Origin: an uncultured delta proteobacterium
GTDB lineage: Bacteria > Myxococcota_A > Polyangia > Polyangiales > Polyangiaceae
Reading direction: 5' to 3'
Assembly (NCBI GenBank): GCA_963782055.1
Contig: CAWAIF010000003.1
Location: 2,176,001-2,240,000 of the forward strand
DNA: 64,000 bases
The notes below the pieces were generated by a model. It made no database searches, had not been told where the DNA came from, and saw nothing but the letters and a program-made list of their open reading frames with translations. Every line of letters starts with the position of its first letter. The stretch's first letter is position 1. A program made the translations under genes and the position numbers. This document shows positions 32,635 to 46,200 of this stretch, piece after piece.

Positions 32635-32766
32635 CCCGGCGACTGCGTACTTGCGCGTGGGTGCGCACATCCGCGCTGAAGCTCCCACGAGTTTGCTCCG
32701 CCTGGGTCGAATAGTCAGGCGCACGACCCGCGCCGCGCGTAGCCTCAGCTCAGCGAGGAGGGTGGC

Positions 32767-35919
<3,153 letters not shown>

Positions 35920-35927
35920 GGTCGCCC

Positions 35928-37271
35928 GTGCGTCGTGTGATCGCCGCTGCCGCTGCCGTCGTCCTGCTCGCGAGTTACGCCGCGTGCGGGGACGACGGCG
36001 TGGCGCCGGCCAGGGACGGTGGCGCCGGCGCGGAGGCGGGCGCGGACGTCGTTGACGGTGGATTCGAGCCGCACCCGTGCACTCCCGCGCCCCGTCCGAG
36101 CTACGTGCCGGACGGGTGGACGCCGTACGACGACTACGCGCCGTGCTCGAGCCTCTACGTGCCAACGGATACTTCGCAGCTCCCTCAGCCGATCGCGTGG
36201 CAGGACTGCGAGCCAGCCGCCGGCGTGGCGGGGTGTCGCAGGATCAAGATCGACTGGGCCCCCCTTCCGACAAAACCCACCAAGGAGGTCTTCACCGGAG
36301 GCGACGCCGCGATCGACGCCGAGGGGCACGTGTACATCCTGTCTAACCGCGATTTTGCCGACGCCGACGGGAAGCTCGGCCATCGCGTCACCTTCGTGGC
36401 CGAGGCCGATGGCCCGGTGCACTCCGCCATCCTCGCGACGCGGCCGGACCTCCTGCTCACCGTCGGCTTCCTCGCCCCCAGCTTCAGCTTGCCGCGCTGG
36501 ATCGCCTTCGTCAGCGAGGATCTTGCGTCGGGAGGGGGAGGCTACGTCGCGGGGACGATCGACAAGCCTGCTCCGACGGTCCAGCATCACTTCGGCTACG
36601 GCGTGCACTCCGCCAGCGTGGGCCCCCTTGGCGTGCTGGACGTGGCGAGCAACGCCACCCTGTCGCTGCTCGACTTCGACACCGGCGCGAAGCTGCTCGA
36701 CATCCAGACGCCGTCGCTGCCGATGAGCTTCGAGTGGATGTTCGGCGGCGACGTCTACTGGTTCGGCAACAGCGGACACGTTGCGGACGTGGGTCGGTGG
36801 ACCAAGAGCGGGGGCGCGGTCGACTTCATCAACTACGGCTTCAATCCCGAGCACGCGGCGGGGGACCTCGGGACGGACGGCACGGACATGGTGTGGGTGG
36901 AGGCGCACGGCGGTCCGGACGACGCGGGCTTCTTCTGGTCCACCGCGGACTACTGGACGTCCCCCTATGCCGATGACAAGACCAAACTTCAACCACGTCG
37001 GTTACGCTCCGCCCCGGTCGGCGCTCTATCCGGCGACCGCATCGCGGTAGGGTGTGGCTACGCGGCCTCCTTCTCGCCCGGCGGCGTATGGGTCGTGCGC
37101 ATCAGCGACGGACAGGGCTGGTTCCTCGCGAACAACAAGGGCTGGGACTGGCAGGCGCCTCTGGCCGTCACGTGCAGCGAGGTCTTCGTTCAGGTCTACG
37201 TCTCCGGCCCCATCTCGACGGTCGCGCGCGTCGCGCTCGACCAGCTCGGTCCGGGCGTCGCGCCCGATTGA
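35928..37271 (+). CDS. Hypothetical lipoprotein (partner of the upstream protease; paralog of 53692-55125)
   Basis: YAAC lipobox; 8 bp after the protease stop; shares GCRR..DW, DGP, W.EA, WT.PYA and R..DG..W motifs with 53692-55125. Confidence 0.8.
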   Translation: MRRVIAAAAAVVLLASYAACGDDGVAPARDGGAGAEAGADVVDGGFEPHPCTPAPRPSYVPDGWTPYDDYAPCSSLYVPTDTSQLPQPIAWQDCEPAAGVAGCRRIKIDWAPLPTKPTKEVFTGGDAAIDAEGHVYILSNRDFADADGKLGHRVTFVAEADGPVHSAILATRPDLLLTVGFLAPSFSLPRWIAFVSEDLASGGGGYVAGTIDKPAPTVQHHFGYGVHSASVGPLGVLDVASNATLSLLDFDTGAKLLDIQTPSLPMSFEWMFGGDVYWFGNSGHVADVGRWTKSGGAVDFINYGFNPEHAAGDLGTDGTDMVWVEAHGGPDDAGFFWSTADYWTSPYADDKTKLQPRRLRSAPVGALSGDRIAVGCGYAASFSPGGVWVVRISDGQGWFLANNKGWDWQAPLAVTCSEVFVQVYVSGPISTVARVALDQLGPGVAPD

Positions 37272-37346
37272 GCTTCCGCGTCATTCGCCGCGAAGTCGCC
37301 GCTGCCGCGCTGGCGAGCTGCGCCGCTCGTGCACCGCGCGATCGCC

Positions 37347-37640
37347 GCCTCGTTGCACACGTCTGGTTCCGCGCCTGCAGACGCTCGGCCTCGGCCAGCT
37401 CCAGGCGATCACCTACTCGTACGACGACCGGAAGATGTGGATGGTCGACCAGGTCACGGCGGGCAAGCTCCGCTGGGTGCGGCTGCTGCGCGCCAGCCCC
37501 GGTGGAGTGCTCGAGATGGTCGCGGCCTGGCCCCGCCTGGGGTTGGCGGAGAGCTACTTCCTCTCCATCGATCACGACGGCTCGGTGCTGCTGTCGCTCG
37601 CGCGCGCGAAGGGCTCCGGCTTCGTCACGGCGCTACCCTA
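37347..37640 (+). pseudogene. Orphan fragment duplicating the protease C-terminal region (35371-35721)
   Basis: Manual alignment: high identity, mostly third-position changes, one internal deletion, no start codon. Confidence 0.9.
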
Positions 37641-37668
37641 GATCGGGAGCCTGGACGGGCCGCCGGGC

Positions 37669-39051
37669 CTAGAACACGAGCCGAAAGTGGATCGACTTCG
37701 GCCGGGTGAGCTGGTCGAAGCCGAGGGAGCTGAGGCTGCAGCCGCGGCCGGAGTCCTTCACGCCGGTCCAGGGGAGGGCGGGATCGACGCTGTCGCAGCG
37801 GTTCATGTAGACGGTGCCGTACTCCAGCGCGCGGGCCATGCGCGCGGCGCGCTCGTGGTCCGTCGTCCAGACGCTGGCGGTGAGGCCCAGCGCGGAGTCG
37901 TTCATGCGGGCGAGCGCCTCCTCCTCCGAGCGCACCGGCGCCACGACGAGCAGCGGGCCGAAGGACTCCTCGCGCATCAGGCGTGCGCCCTGCGGCACGT
38001 CGGCGATCAGGGTCGCCTCGAAGAAGCGGCCCTTGCCGTTCACCTTCGTCGCCTTGCCGCCGGCGACGACGCGCGCGCCCTTCTCCTTCGCGTCGGCGAC
38101 CATCGCGGTGAGCTCCGGCACGTGGTGCGGCTGCGCCACGGGGCCGAGCGTCGTCTTCTCGTCCATCGGATCGCCCATCACGTAGGCGCGCACCAGCGGC
38201 TCCGCCGCCTCCAGGAAGCGGGCGTAGACCGACTCGTGCACGTACACGCGCTCCACCGCGCAGCAGCTCTGCCCGCAGTTGTAGATGGCGCCGTCCACGA
38301 TGTTCTCCACGGTCTTGTCGAGATCGCAGTCGGGGGAGACGTACGCCGGATCGTTGCCGCCCAGCTCCAGCCCGACGTGCAGGAAGCGCTTCGCGGCGGC
38401 CGCCTGGATGCGGTGGCCACCGTACACCGAGCCGGTGAAGACCACGTGATCGACGCGCCGGTCGCCGACGATGCGCTCGCTGGTCGGGTGATCGCAGTCG
38501 AGGGACAGCACCAGATCCTTCGGCGCGCCGGCCTCCTCGAACGCCCGCGCGAAGTGCATGCCGCAGAGCGGGCTGCGCGGGGAGTGCTTGACGATGACGG
38601 CGTTGCCCGCGAGCACCGCCGGCATCACCGTGTTGACCGCGGTGACGAGCGGGTAGTTCCACGCCGGCAGGTCCAGCACCACGCCCAGCGGCTCCTTGAC
38701 GATGCGCCGGTCGAAGCCGTCCTTGGGCAGGACGATGTCGGCGAGGGACTCCTCCGCGATGGACGCCATGTGCCGCGCGCGCTGCGCGAGGCCGGCGACC
38801 TCGTTGCGGCCCTGCGCGACGGGCTTGCCCATCATGTGGGCGATGTCCGTGGCGATCTCGTCCTTGCGCCGCTCCATGGCCTGCACGGCGCCCTCCACCA
38901 GCGCCACGCGCTCGGCGACGGTGCTGCCACGGAAGGCCTTCGCCGCAGCGCGGGAGCGGTCGAGGACGTCGCCCACGCGGGCCTCGTCCGCCAGCGGGAC
39001 GGTGCATGCGGTGTCCAGGGTGTACGGGTCGTCGACGATGAGGTCGGTCAT
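37669..39051 (-). CDS. Aldehyde dehydrogenase
   Basis: WNYP, FTGS, LELGG, GQSCCA, EESFGP. Confidence 0.93.
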   Translation of the reverse strand: MTDLIVDDPYTLDTACTVPLADEARVGDVLDRSRAAAKAFRGSTVAERVALVEGAVQAMERRKDEIATDIAHMMGKPVAQGRNEVAGLAQRARHMASIAEESLADIVLPKDGFDRRIVKEPLGVVLDLPAWNYPLVTAVNTVMPAVLAGNAVIVKHSPRSPLCGMHFARAFEEAGAPKDLVLSLDCDHPTSERIVGDRRVDHVVFTGSVYGGHRIQAAAAKRFLHVGLELGGNDPAYVSPDCDLDKTVENIVDGAIYNCGQSCCAVERVYVHESVYARFLEAAEPLVRAYVMGDPMDEKTTLGPVAQPHHVPELTAMVADAKEKGARVVAGGKATKVNGKGRFFEATLIADVPQGARLMREESFGPLLVVAPVRSEEEALARMNDSALGLTASVWTTDHERAARMARALEYGTVYMNRCDSVDPALPWTGVKDSGRGCSLSSLGFDQLTRPKSIHFRLVF

Positions 39052-39084
39052 GGGCGGGGGAAGATAGCACCGCCGCGGGGCGCC

Positions 39085-39400
39085 CGCCGGGGCGGGGGGG
39101 GCGGGCGCGGGCGCGAGCGCGGGCGCGGGGGCGGGCGCGGGCGCGAGCGCGTGAGGGGGGGGGCGAGCGCGGGGGCGGGCGCGGGCGCGGGCGCGAGCGC
39201 ATGAGGGCGGGGGCGGGCGCGTGCGCGTGGGCGCGGGGGCGAGCCACGGGAGGTTCACCACCCCCCCGTCCCCCGGTTCCCTCTCCCCTTTCCCTTTCCC
39301 TTTCCCTTTCCCTTTCCCTTTCCCTCTCCCCCGTCTCCTCCCTCGCGCTCGCGCCCGCGCCCCCTCTCGCGCCCGCGCCCGCGCCCGCGCTCGCGCCACC
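39085..39400. repeat. Low-complexity hexamer region with complementary G-rich and C-rich arms
   Basis: GGGCGCGGGCGCGAGCGC at 39103, 39133 and 39183; its reverse complement at 39345-39362; (TTTCCC)6 at 39289-39324. Confidence 0.85.
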
Positions 39401-39466
39401 GGACCGCGCTCGGGCAGGGCGCTGCCCCCCGCGCAAGGTGCGCGGGCGCGTGTGAGGAGGTTGGCG

Positions 39467-39656
39467 ATGTTGAGAATCTACCCGGTGTTGCTGGAGCTGG
39501 TTCGGGAGCTCGTGCCCCGGGTGCGGCAGGTGGAGCGACGTGATGCGGATCTTGCCCGGCAGTGCCGGCGGGCGCTGGCGAGCGCGCCGCGCCGCGCTGC
39601 GGGACCGGATCGATCACGTGCTCGCGACCCTGGTGCGGCTGGCCGGCGGTCACTGA
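39467..39656 (+). pseudogene. Four-helix-bundle protein gene with an internal frameshifting deletion
   Basis: GAGGAGG RBS; MLRIYPVLLELV..DADLARQCRRALASAP joins out of frame to AALRDRIDHVLATLVRL; the SV/AP-LN.AEG core is missing. Confidence 0.7.
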
Positions 39657-40459
39657 GGACCGTCGTCCTGGATGGACGAGGCGCTCCGGTCGGGCCGGAG
39701 CGCCACGACCAGCACGGCGCGGCAGGGCGGGTCCGCGCGCAGGCCCGGGAGGTACGCCCGGTACGCCGGCAGGAAGCGCTCGATGTAGTCGCGCGCGTCG
39801 GCGTCGGACAGGGCGCCCTCGCCGCGCTCCCGGCGGGCGCGCTCGGAGTCCACCCGCCAGCGGACGATGTCGTCGAGGGAGCTCGCGTCGAGGCGCACCA
39901 GGACGTCGAGGAGCTCGTGCCACGCGGAGTAGGCGGCGAGCATCGCGTCGGGGGCGCGCAGATCGGGCTCGAGCGCCGCCGGGTCGACCGGGCGAAAGCC
40001 GAGCATCCAGCCGTCCAGGATGACGAAGTCGAGGCGCTCGTCGACGCGACGGAACGTCCCCTCCGGCGCGCGATCGCCGCGCCCGCCGTGCGCGGACTTG
40101 TCGTACGCCGGGACGAGGGTCGGCCGCCCGGCGAGGAGCGACTCGAGCGTCGCGCGTCCGAGATGGACGTCGTGCGTGCCGGGGTACCCCCGGTGCTCCA
40201 GGTACCGGTTGCCCGGGAAGCGCGCGGCGAGGGCGCGTTGCTCGTCGCGCGTCAGGTAGAAGTCGTCGATGGAGAGGGCGATGCCACGCAATCCACTCTC
40301 GCCCAGCGCGCGCACGACGGCATCGGCGAGGGTGCTCTTCCCCGCGCCCTGCGGCCCGCTGATCCCGATGAGGAGCGGGCGCTCCGGGCTCGCCTCCACG
40401 GCCTGGCGACACCACGCGGCGACCTCAGCGTGATACGCGCGCGAGCGCTCCTCATCCAT
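39650..40459 (-). CDS. P-loop kinase, D-glycerate 3-kinase (GLYK)-like
   Basis: GPQGAGKST, SIDDFY, RGYPGTHD, YDKS..G.GDR, GWMLGF. Confidence 0.82.
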   Translation of the reverse strand: MDEERSRAYHAEVAAWCRQAVEASPERPLLIGISGPQGAGKSTLADAVVRALGESGLRGIALSIDDFYLTRDEQRALAARFPGNRYLEHRGYPGTHDVHLGRATLESLLAGRPTLVPAYDKSAHGGRGDRAPEGTFRRVDERLDFVILDGWMLGFRPVDPAALEPDLRAPDAMLAAYSAWHELLDVLVRLDASSLDDIVRWRVDSERARRERGEGALSDADARDYIERFLPAYRAYLPGLRADPPCRAVLVVALRPDRSASSIQDDGPQ

Positions 40460-40536
40460 GACGCCAGTCTACCTCCTCCATCGCAGCCCTCCCGGCGCCG
40501 TAGCGCCGTCTGCGCGCGGCCCCGCTTCGGTGTACC

Positions 40537-42060
40537 TTGCCGCACGTGCGGATCTCCGAACGTCACGACTGGGTCGTCATCGGCTCAGGCTCCGCGGGCG
40601 GCGTCATCGCCGCGCGGGCCAGCGAGCGACCGGATCTCTCCGTCCTCCTGCTGGAGGCCGGCGCCGACTACCCCACGGCGATCCCCAAGGACCTGCTGCG
40701 CGGCGGGCGGAACTCTTACTTCCGCCACGACTGGCGCTACTACCATGTCCCCACCGAGGGGCAGTGGATCCCCTGGGTCTTCCCGCGCGGCAAGGTCGTC
40801 GGCGGCTCCTCCTCGGTGAACACGTGCATCGCCATCCGCGGGCGGCCGTACGACTACGACGAGTGGGGCCTGTCCGAGTGGACGTTCGAGAAGTGCCTGC
40901 CCGCCTTCAAGCGCTTCGAGAACGATCTGGACGTGCACGACGAGTGGCACGGCCAGGACGGCCCCATCCGCATCCGCCGGCACACCCGCGAGGAGCTCCT
41001 GCCCTGGCAGGACGCCTTCGTCGAATCGTGCATCCTGCACGGGTTTCCGCGCTGCCCCGATCACAACAACCCCACCCTCTGGGGCGCCGGCCCGCACGCG
41101 ATGAACAAGATCGGCGGGGAGCGGCAGAGCGTCCTGACTTGCTACTTCACCCACGAGGTCCGCAAGCGCGACAACCTGACGATCGCCGCCAGCACGCTGG
41201 TGCGCCGCGTCCTCTTCGAACGCCGGAAGGTCACCGGCGTGGAGGTGGAGCAAGAGGGCGTGGTGCGCGTCATCCCGGCCAAGCGCGTCATGCTCTCCGC
41301 CGGCGCGATCAACACCCCCGGCGTGCTCCTGCGCTCGGGGATCGGCCCGCGGGAGACGGTGGAGCGGCTGGGCGTGGAGCTGATTATGGACCTGCCGGCG
41401 GTGGGGGCGCGGCTGCTGGACCACCCCGGCGCGGCCATCTTCTTCCTGCCGACGAAGGCGATCCTCGGCTGGGACGATCCGCTCATCCAGACCGCGTGCC
41501 GCTACACCGCGGAGGGCAGCCCGTACCCCGTCGACACGCAGCTCCAGGCGGGCGGCATCGTGCCTTTCCCGCGCTTCACGGTGCCGCTGGTGACGATGAT
41601 GTGCCAGGTGGGCAAGCCGCGCGGGCACGGGACGCTGCGCTACGACTCGGCAGACCCGCACGCCAAGCCGCACATCGAGTCGCACATCCTGGAGGACGAG
41701 CACGACCGTGCGCAGGCGATCGAGGCGCTGCGCGTCGCCTACGCGATCGCGCAGGAGGCGCCGTGCCGGGAGATGGCGACGCTCCTGTGGCCGCGGCCGA
41801 AGACGCTGATGAGCGAGCGGGCGCACGAGTGGATCCGCAACGCGTGCGACTCGGGGTACCACCCGTGCGGGACGGTGCCGATGGGGGAAGAGGGGGACGA
41901 GGGGGCGGCGGTGGATCAGCACGGGAGAGTGCGGGGGGTGGAGGGGCTGTTCGTGGCGGACGCGAGCATCTTCCCGACGGTGCCGAGCGCGAACACGAAC
42001 CTGTCGGTGCTGATGGTGGGGGAGCGGTTCGGGGAGTGGGTGAAGGCGGGGGAGATCTAG
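40537..42060 (+). CDS. GMC family oxidoreductase
   Basis: GSGSAG, LLEAG, GKVVGGSSSVN, SAGAINTP.LLRSGIG, HPCGT, V.DASIFP..NTN. Confidence 0.92.
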   Translation: MPHVRISERHDWVVIGSGSAGGVIAARASERPDLSVLLLEAGADYPTAIPKDLLRGGRNSYFRHDWRYYHVPTEGQWIPWVFPRGKVVGGSSSVNTCIAIRGRPYDYDEWGLSEWTFEKCLPAFKRFENDLDVHDEWHGQDGPIRIRRHTREELLPWQDAFVESCILHGFPRCPDHNNPTLWGAGPHAMNKIGGERQSVLTCYFTHEVRKRDNLTIAASTLVRRVLFERRKVTGVEVEQEGVVRVIPAKRVMLSAGAINTPGVLLRSGIGPRETVERLGVELIMDLPAVGARLLDHPGAAIFFLPTKAILGWDDPLIQTACRYTAEGSPYPVDTQLQAGGIVPFPRFTVPLVTMMCQVGKPRGHGTLRYDSADPHAKPHIESHILEDEHDRAQAIEALRVAYAIAQEAPCREMATLLWPRPKTLMSERAHEWIRNACDSGYHPCGTVPMGEEGDEGAAVDQHGRVRGVEGLFVADASIFPTVPSANTNLSVLMVGERFGEWVKAGEI

Positions 42061-42282
42061 GGGGGCCCCTCCTGGCGCCATGCTCGGGCTCGTGCTCGCT
42101 CTCGTGCGTGCCGTCGGTGGGAGACAGGGTGCACGAGCGTCGGCACGCACGAGAGCTTGCGCGCGAGCCCTGCGCGTGGCGCCTCCTCCCCACGGTGTCG
42201 CGCTCCGCGCGCCACACGGGGAGGAGGGTTGGCTGGGCGGGACGGAGGTCGGCGAACTCGCGCGCTGGTGTCGTTGACGTGT

Positions 42283-42400
42283 GACGGTGACGGCGACGGC
42301 GACGTGAACGATCCGGACGGGGAAGGGGACGCGGACGGGAAAGGAGAAGGGGACGGGGACGGGAAAGGGGACGGGAAAAGGGGAACGGGAAAGGAGAGGG
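42283..42400. repeat. Purine-rich hexamer-periodic low-complexity tract
   Basis: GACGGN/GAAGGG-like units upstream of the second four-helix-bundle remnant. Confidence 0.7.
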
Positions 42401-42604
42401 CCTTCGCTCGGGGGAGGGGATCGTCCCGCCGTGCGCGGAGCTGTCGAGGCCGGGCCGTCCTCGCCATGCTCGGGCGCTTCGCGCCCTGCGCGTGGCTCCG
42501 GGCGGTGCTCGCTTCGCTCGCAGCCTCGACAGCTCCTGCGCGCGGCGGGTTGGGGCGGCTGCCCCCGTGCGAGGTGCGCGGGGCGCATGCGAGGAGTCTG
42601 CACG

Positions 42605-42724
42605 ATGAATCTTCGGATCTATGCGGTGGTGCTGGAGCTGGTGCGGGAGGTTGGGCCGCTGGTGCGGGTGCTGGAGAGGCATCACGCGGACCTTGCCCGG
42701 CAGTGCAGGCGGGCCTTGACGAGC
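42605..42724 (+). pseudogene. Four-helix-bundle protein gene, 3'-truncated
   Basis: GAGGAG RBS; MNLRIYAVVLELV..HADLARQCRRALTS, paralogous to 39467; runs into the antisense of the VOC gene. Confidence 0.7.
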
Positions 42725-42972
42725 GGAAGCGCGACCTCCGCTCTCGCAGACAGCTCGCGCCACGCCGCGTCTGCGTCGTCCACCAGCCAGTAGAGCTCCG
42801 GTGCCGGCTCACCGCCGAGCGGCTCGTCGCTCGCGATGGCGAAGTGCTCAAACTGGACGAAGACGGGCGCTTCGCGCTGCACGCGCAGCCCGAGCACCTC
42901 CGTGTAGAAGCGCTTCGCGCGCTCGACGTCTCGCACGTACTCGATCACGAATCCAAAGCGGGGCGTCTCCAT
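42682..42972 (-). pseudogene. VOC/glyoxalase family protein, probably 3'-truncated
   Basis: YV.DVERAKRFY.EVLGL and LYW.VDDADAA; final hairpin (PFG..F...DP) absent, with the tail read from the four-helix-bundle remnant. Confidence 0.7.
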
Positions 42973-43124
42973 CACAGGTCCGACTCCTTCCGCGCGTCGC
43001 GCGCGCGCACGCACGCGGCCTTCGCCGGCTCGACGAGGACGAGCGCGACCTGGACGCGCGGCTCGAGCGCGGTCATCACCGCGCGTCGGGCGTTCGAGGA
43101 CATGGGGTAGTGGTACGGGCGCAT
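42972..43124 (-). pseudogene. Probable glutathione S-transferase remnant (N- and C-termini fused)
   Basis: GGAAGGAG RBS; 50-aa ORF MRPYHYPMSSNARRAVMTALE..VLVE.AK + VRARDA.KESDL; stop overlaps the VOC ATG. Confidence 0.5.
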
Positions 43125-43231
43125 GGTCGTCTCCTTCCGTGTGGGGTGAGGAGAGCTTGCGCCGACGCTGTGTCAGCAGCATGTCAGGTTTGTTCGAGGA
43201 GACGGAAAAGGCGCCCTTCCCGACCCCACAC

Positions 43232-46200
43232 TCAGCCCCGCGCCACCCCCGCGAAGAACCTCCCCGTCGCCGTCTTCGCCTTCCCGATTGCCTTCGGCTC
43301 CCCTTCGTACACCACGCGCCCGCCCCCCGCGCCGCCCTCCGGGCCGAGCTCCACCACCCAGTCCGCCGACGCGATCACATCCGGGTGGTGCTCCACGATC
43401 ACCAGGGTGTCCCCGCGCTCCACCAGGCGGTCCAGCACCTGCACCAGCCGCCGCACGTCGGAGAGGTGCAGCCCGGTGGTCGGCTCGTCCAGCACGTACA
43501 CCGTTGGCTCGTGCGCGACGCCCGCCGTCAGCTCCGCGGCGAGCTTCAGGCGCTGCGCCTCGCCGCCGCTCAGCGTGTGCGAGCCCTGGCCGAGCTGGAG
43601 GTAGCCGACGCCCAGATCGGTCAGGGTGGCCAGCGGGCGGTGCACCTTGGGGTGATGCGCAAACAGCCTCGCCGCGTCCTCCGCGGTCAGGTGCAGCACG
43701 TCGCCCACCGAGAGATCCATGTATCTTACATCGAGCGTCGCCGGCTCGAAGCGCGCGCCGCCGCACGTCTCGCAGGGGGACACCACGTCGGGCAGGAAGG
43801 CCATCTCCGCGACGATGACGCCCTGGCCCTCGCACGCCGGGCACCGTCCGCCCTTCGGGGTGTTGAAGGAGAAGCGCGCCGCGGTGTAGCCGCGCGTCTT
43901 GGACTCCGGCAGGGCGGCGAAGAGGCGGCGGAGCTCGTCCCACACGCCGAGGAAGGTCGCCGGCACGCTGCGCGGGGTGCGCCCGATGGGGGACTGGTCC
44001 ACTGCCAGCGCGCGCTTGACGTACCTGGTGCCGGCGATCTTGTCGTGCGCGCCCGGCGCGTCGTGCACCAGGCCGAGCGCCTGGCGGAGCGCGGGGTAGA
44101 AGACGCCGCGCACCAGCGTGCTCTTGCCCGAGCCGCTGACGCCCGCGACGACCGTCATGCGCCCGACCGGCACGCGCAGCCGCACGTCGCGAAGGTTGTG
44201 CTCCCGCGCGCCGGAGAGTTCCAGGAAGCGGTCGGGCATCGGGCGCTTCGGGCGCTCCGGCAGGGTGTGATCGCGCAGGGCGACCGCGGTCGGCGAGTCG
44301 CTGGCGAGCACCTTCTTCGCGGGGCCCTCCGCGACGATGAGGCCGCCGTGGCGCCCGCCCGCCGGGCCCAGATCGATGACGTGATCCGCCGCGCGGATGG
44401 TCTCGGCGTCGTGCTCGACGACGAGCACGGTGGAGCCGGTGTTGACGAGGGCGCGCAGGTTGTCGAGCAGCTTCTTCGTGTCGCGCGGGTGCAGGCCGAT
44501 GGTCGGCTCGTCCAGGACGTAGAGCGCCCCCGTCAGCCCGCTGCCGAGCTGCGCGGAGAGGCGGAGCCGCTGCATCTCCCCGCCGGAGAGGGTGGACGCC
44601 CAGCGGTCCAGCGCCAGGTAGCCCAGGCCCACTTCCAGCGCGAAGTCCAGCCGGCGCCCCAGCTCGGCGAGGGCGACGTCCCCGATGGCGGCGTCCTTGC
44701 CCGTGAGCTTCCACGATCGCACCAGCGCCCGCGCGCTCGTCACGTCGCGCGCGAGCAGGGCAGGGTAGGTCTCCCCGAAGAGGCGCACCCGCCGCGGCAC
44801 CGGCGACAGGCGCGTGCCCTCGCACGCCTCGCAGGGGTCCGTCTCGCCTTCGGCCTCCGCGTCGGGGCCGCCCTCGATGCCGGTGCCCTCGCACTCCTCG
44901 CACTGCCCCTGCTTGGTGTTGAAGGAGAACCAGCGCGGATCGAGCTCCGGCACGCCGGTGCCACACGAGGGGCACGCGCGCGCGGTGGAGGCGAGCACCT
45001 CGCTCGCCGCGGGCTTCGCCGTGGGGGGGCCGCCGGCGACGCGCAGCGCGCCGTTGCCCCACGAGAGCGCCCGCTCGAAGGTCGGGCGGTCCAGCGCGGA
45101 GAGCGGGCCGTAGTGCACGATGAGATCGATCGTGTGCTCCTTCGTCTTGTAGAGCTTCGGCGGCGGGTCGATGGCGACGATCGCGCCGTCGACGCGCGCG
45201 GTGGACACGCCGGCGCGCGACGCCTGGGTGAAGAGATCGAGGTACGTCCCCTTGCGCGCGCGGACCGCCGGCGCGTAGACGGTCTTCTTGGTGCGATCGC
45301 CGCCGGCGGTGAGGCGCGTGAAGAGCTCGTCCGGGGTGCTGGGCGCGACCACGGCGTCGCACTCGGGGCAGTGCAGCTCGCCCACCTTGGCGTAGAGCAG
45401 CCTGAGATAGTGGGCAATCTCGGTCACGGTGGCGACCGTGGAGTTGGCGCCGCCGCGCGTCGTCCGCTGCTCCAGGGCGATGCTCGGCGGCACGCCGGTC
45501 ACCCGGTCCACGTCCGGCCGCGGGAGGGTGGGCAAGAACTGCCGCGCGTAGGGCGTCAGCGTCTCCATGAAGCGCCGCTGCCCCTCGGCGAATACCACGT
45601 CGAAGGCGAGTGACGACTTGCCCGATCCGCTCGGCCCGGTCACCACGCACAGCGCGCCGTGGGGGATCTCGCAGGAGACCTCGCGCAGGTTGTGCTCGCG
45701 CGCGTTCTCCACGTGGATGGTCGCGGGCGCGGCGGCGACGTCCTTCGGCGCGGCGGCGCCCTTGCCGTTCTTGCGCGCGTGTGCGGGGGCGGAGCGCGCC
45801 GCGAGGGCCACGCCGGTCTTGCTCCCCGCGACCTCCTGCACCTCCGCGGGCGTCCCGCTCGCGACGACGTGTCCGCCGTCCGGCCCCGCGCCCGGGCCCA
45901 GGTCGATCACCCAGTCCGCCGCGCGGACGATGTCCAGATCGTGCTCCACCACCACCACGCTCGCGCCGGCGTCGCAGAGCGCGTGCAGCGCGGCGATCAC
46001 CTTCTCGGTGTCCTGCGCGTGCAGCCCCGCGCTCGGCTCGTCCAGCACGAAGAGCGTGCCCTTCGCCTTCTCCACCAGCGCGCGGGCGAGCTTCAGGCGC
46101 TGCGCCTCGCCACCGGAGAGGGTGGAGAGCGGCTGCCCGAGCGGCAGGTACCCGAGCCCCACGCGCGCCACCGGCTCGAGGGTGCGCCGGATGACGTAGT

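Noticed and set aside
39085..39400. CRISPR array or real Ala/Arg/Gly-Lys repeat protein
   Set aside because: No constant repeat with unique spacers and no cas genes; the ORF extensions are low-complexity read-through, and ALDH starts at 39051
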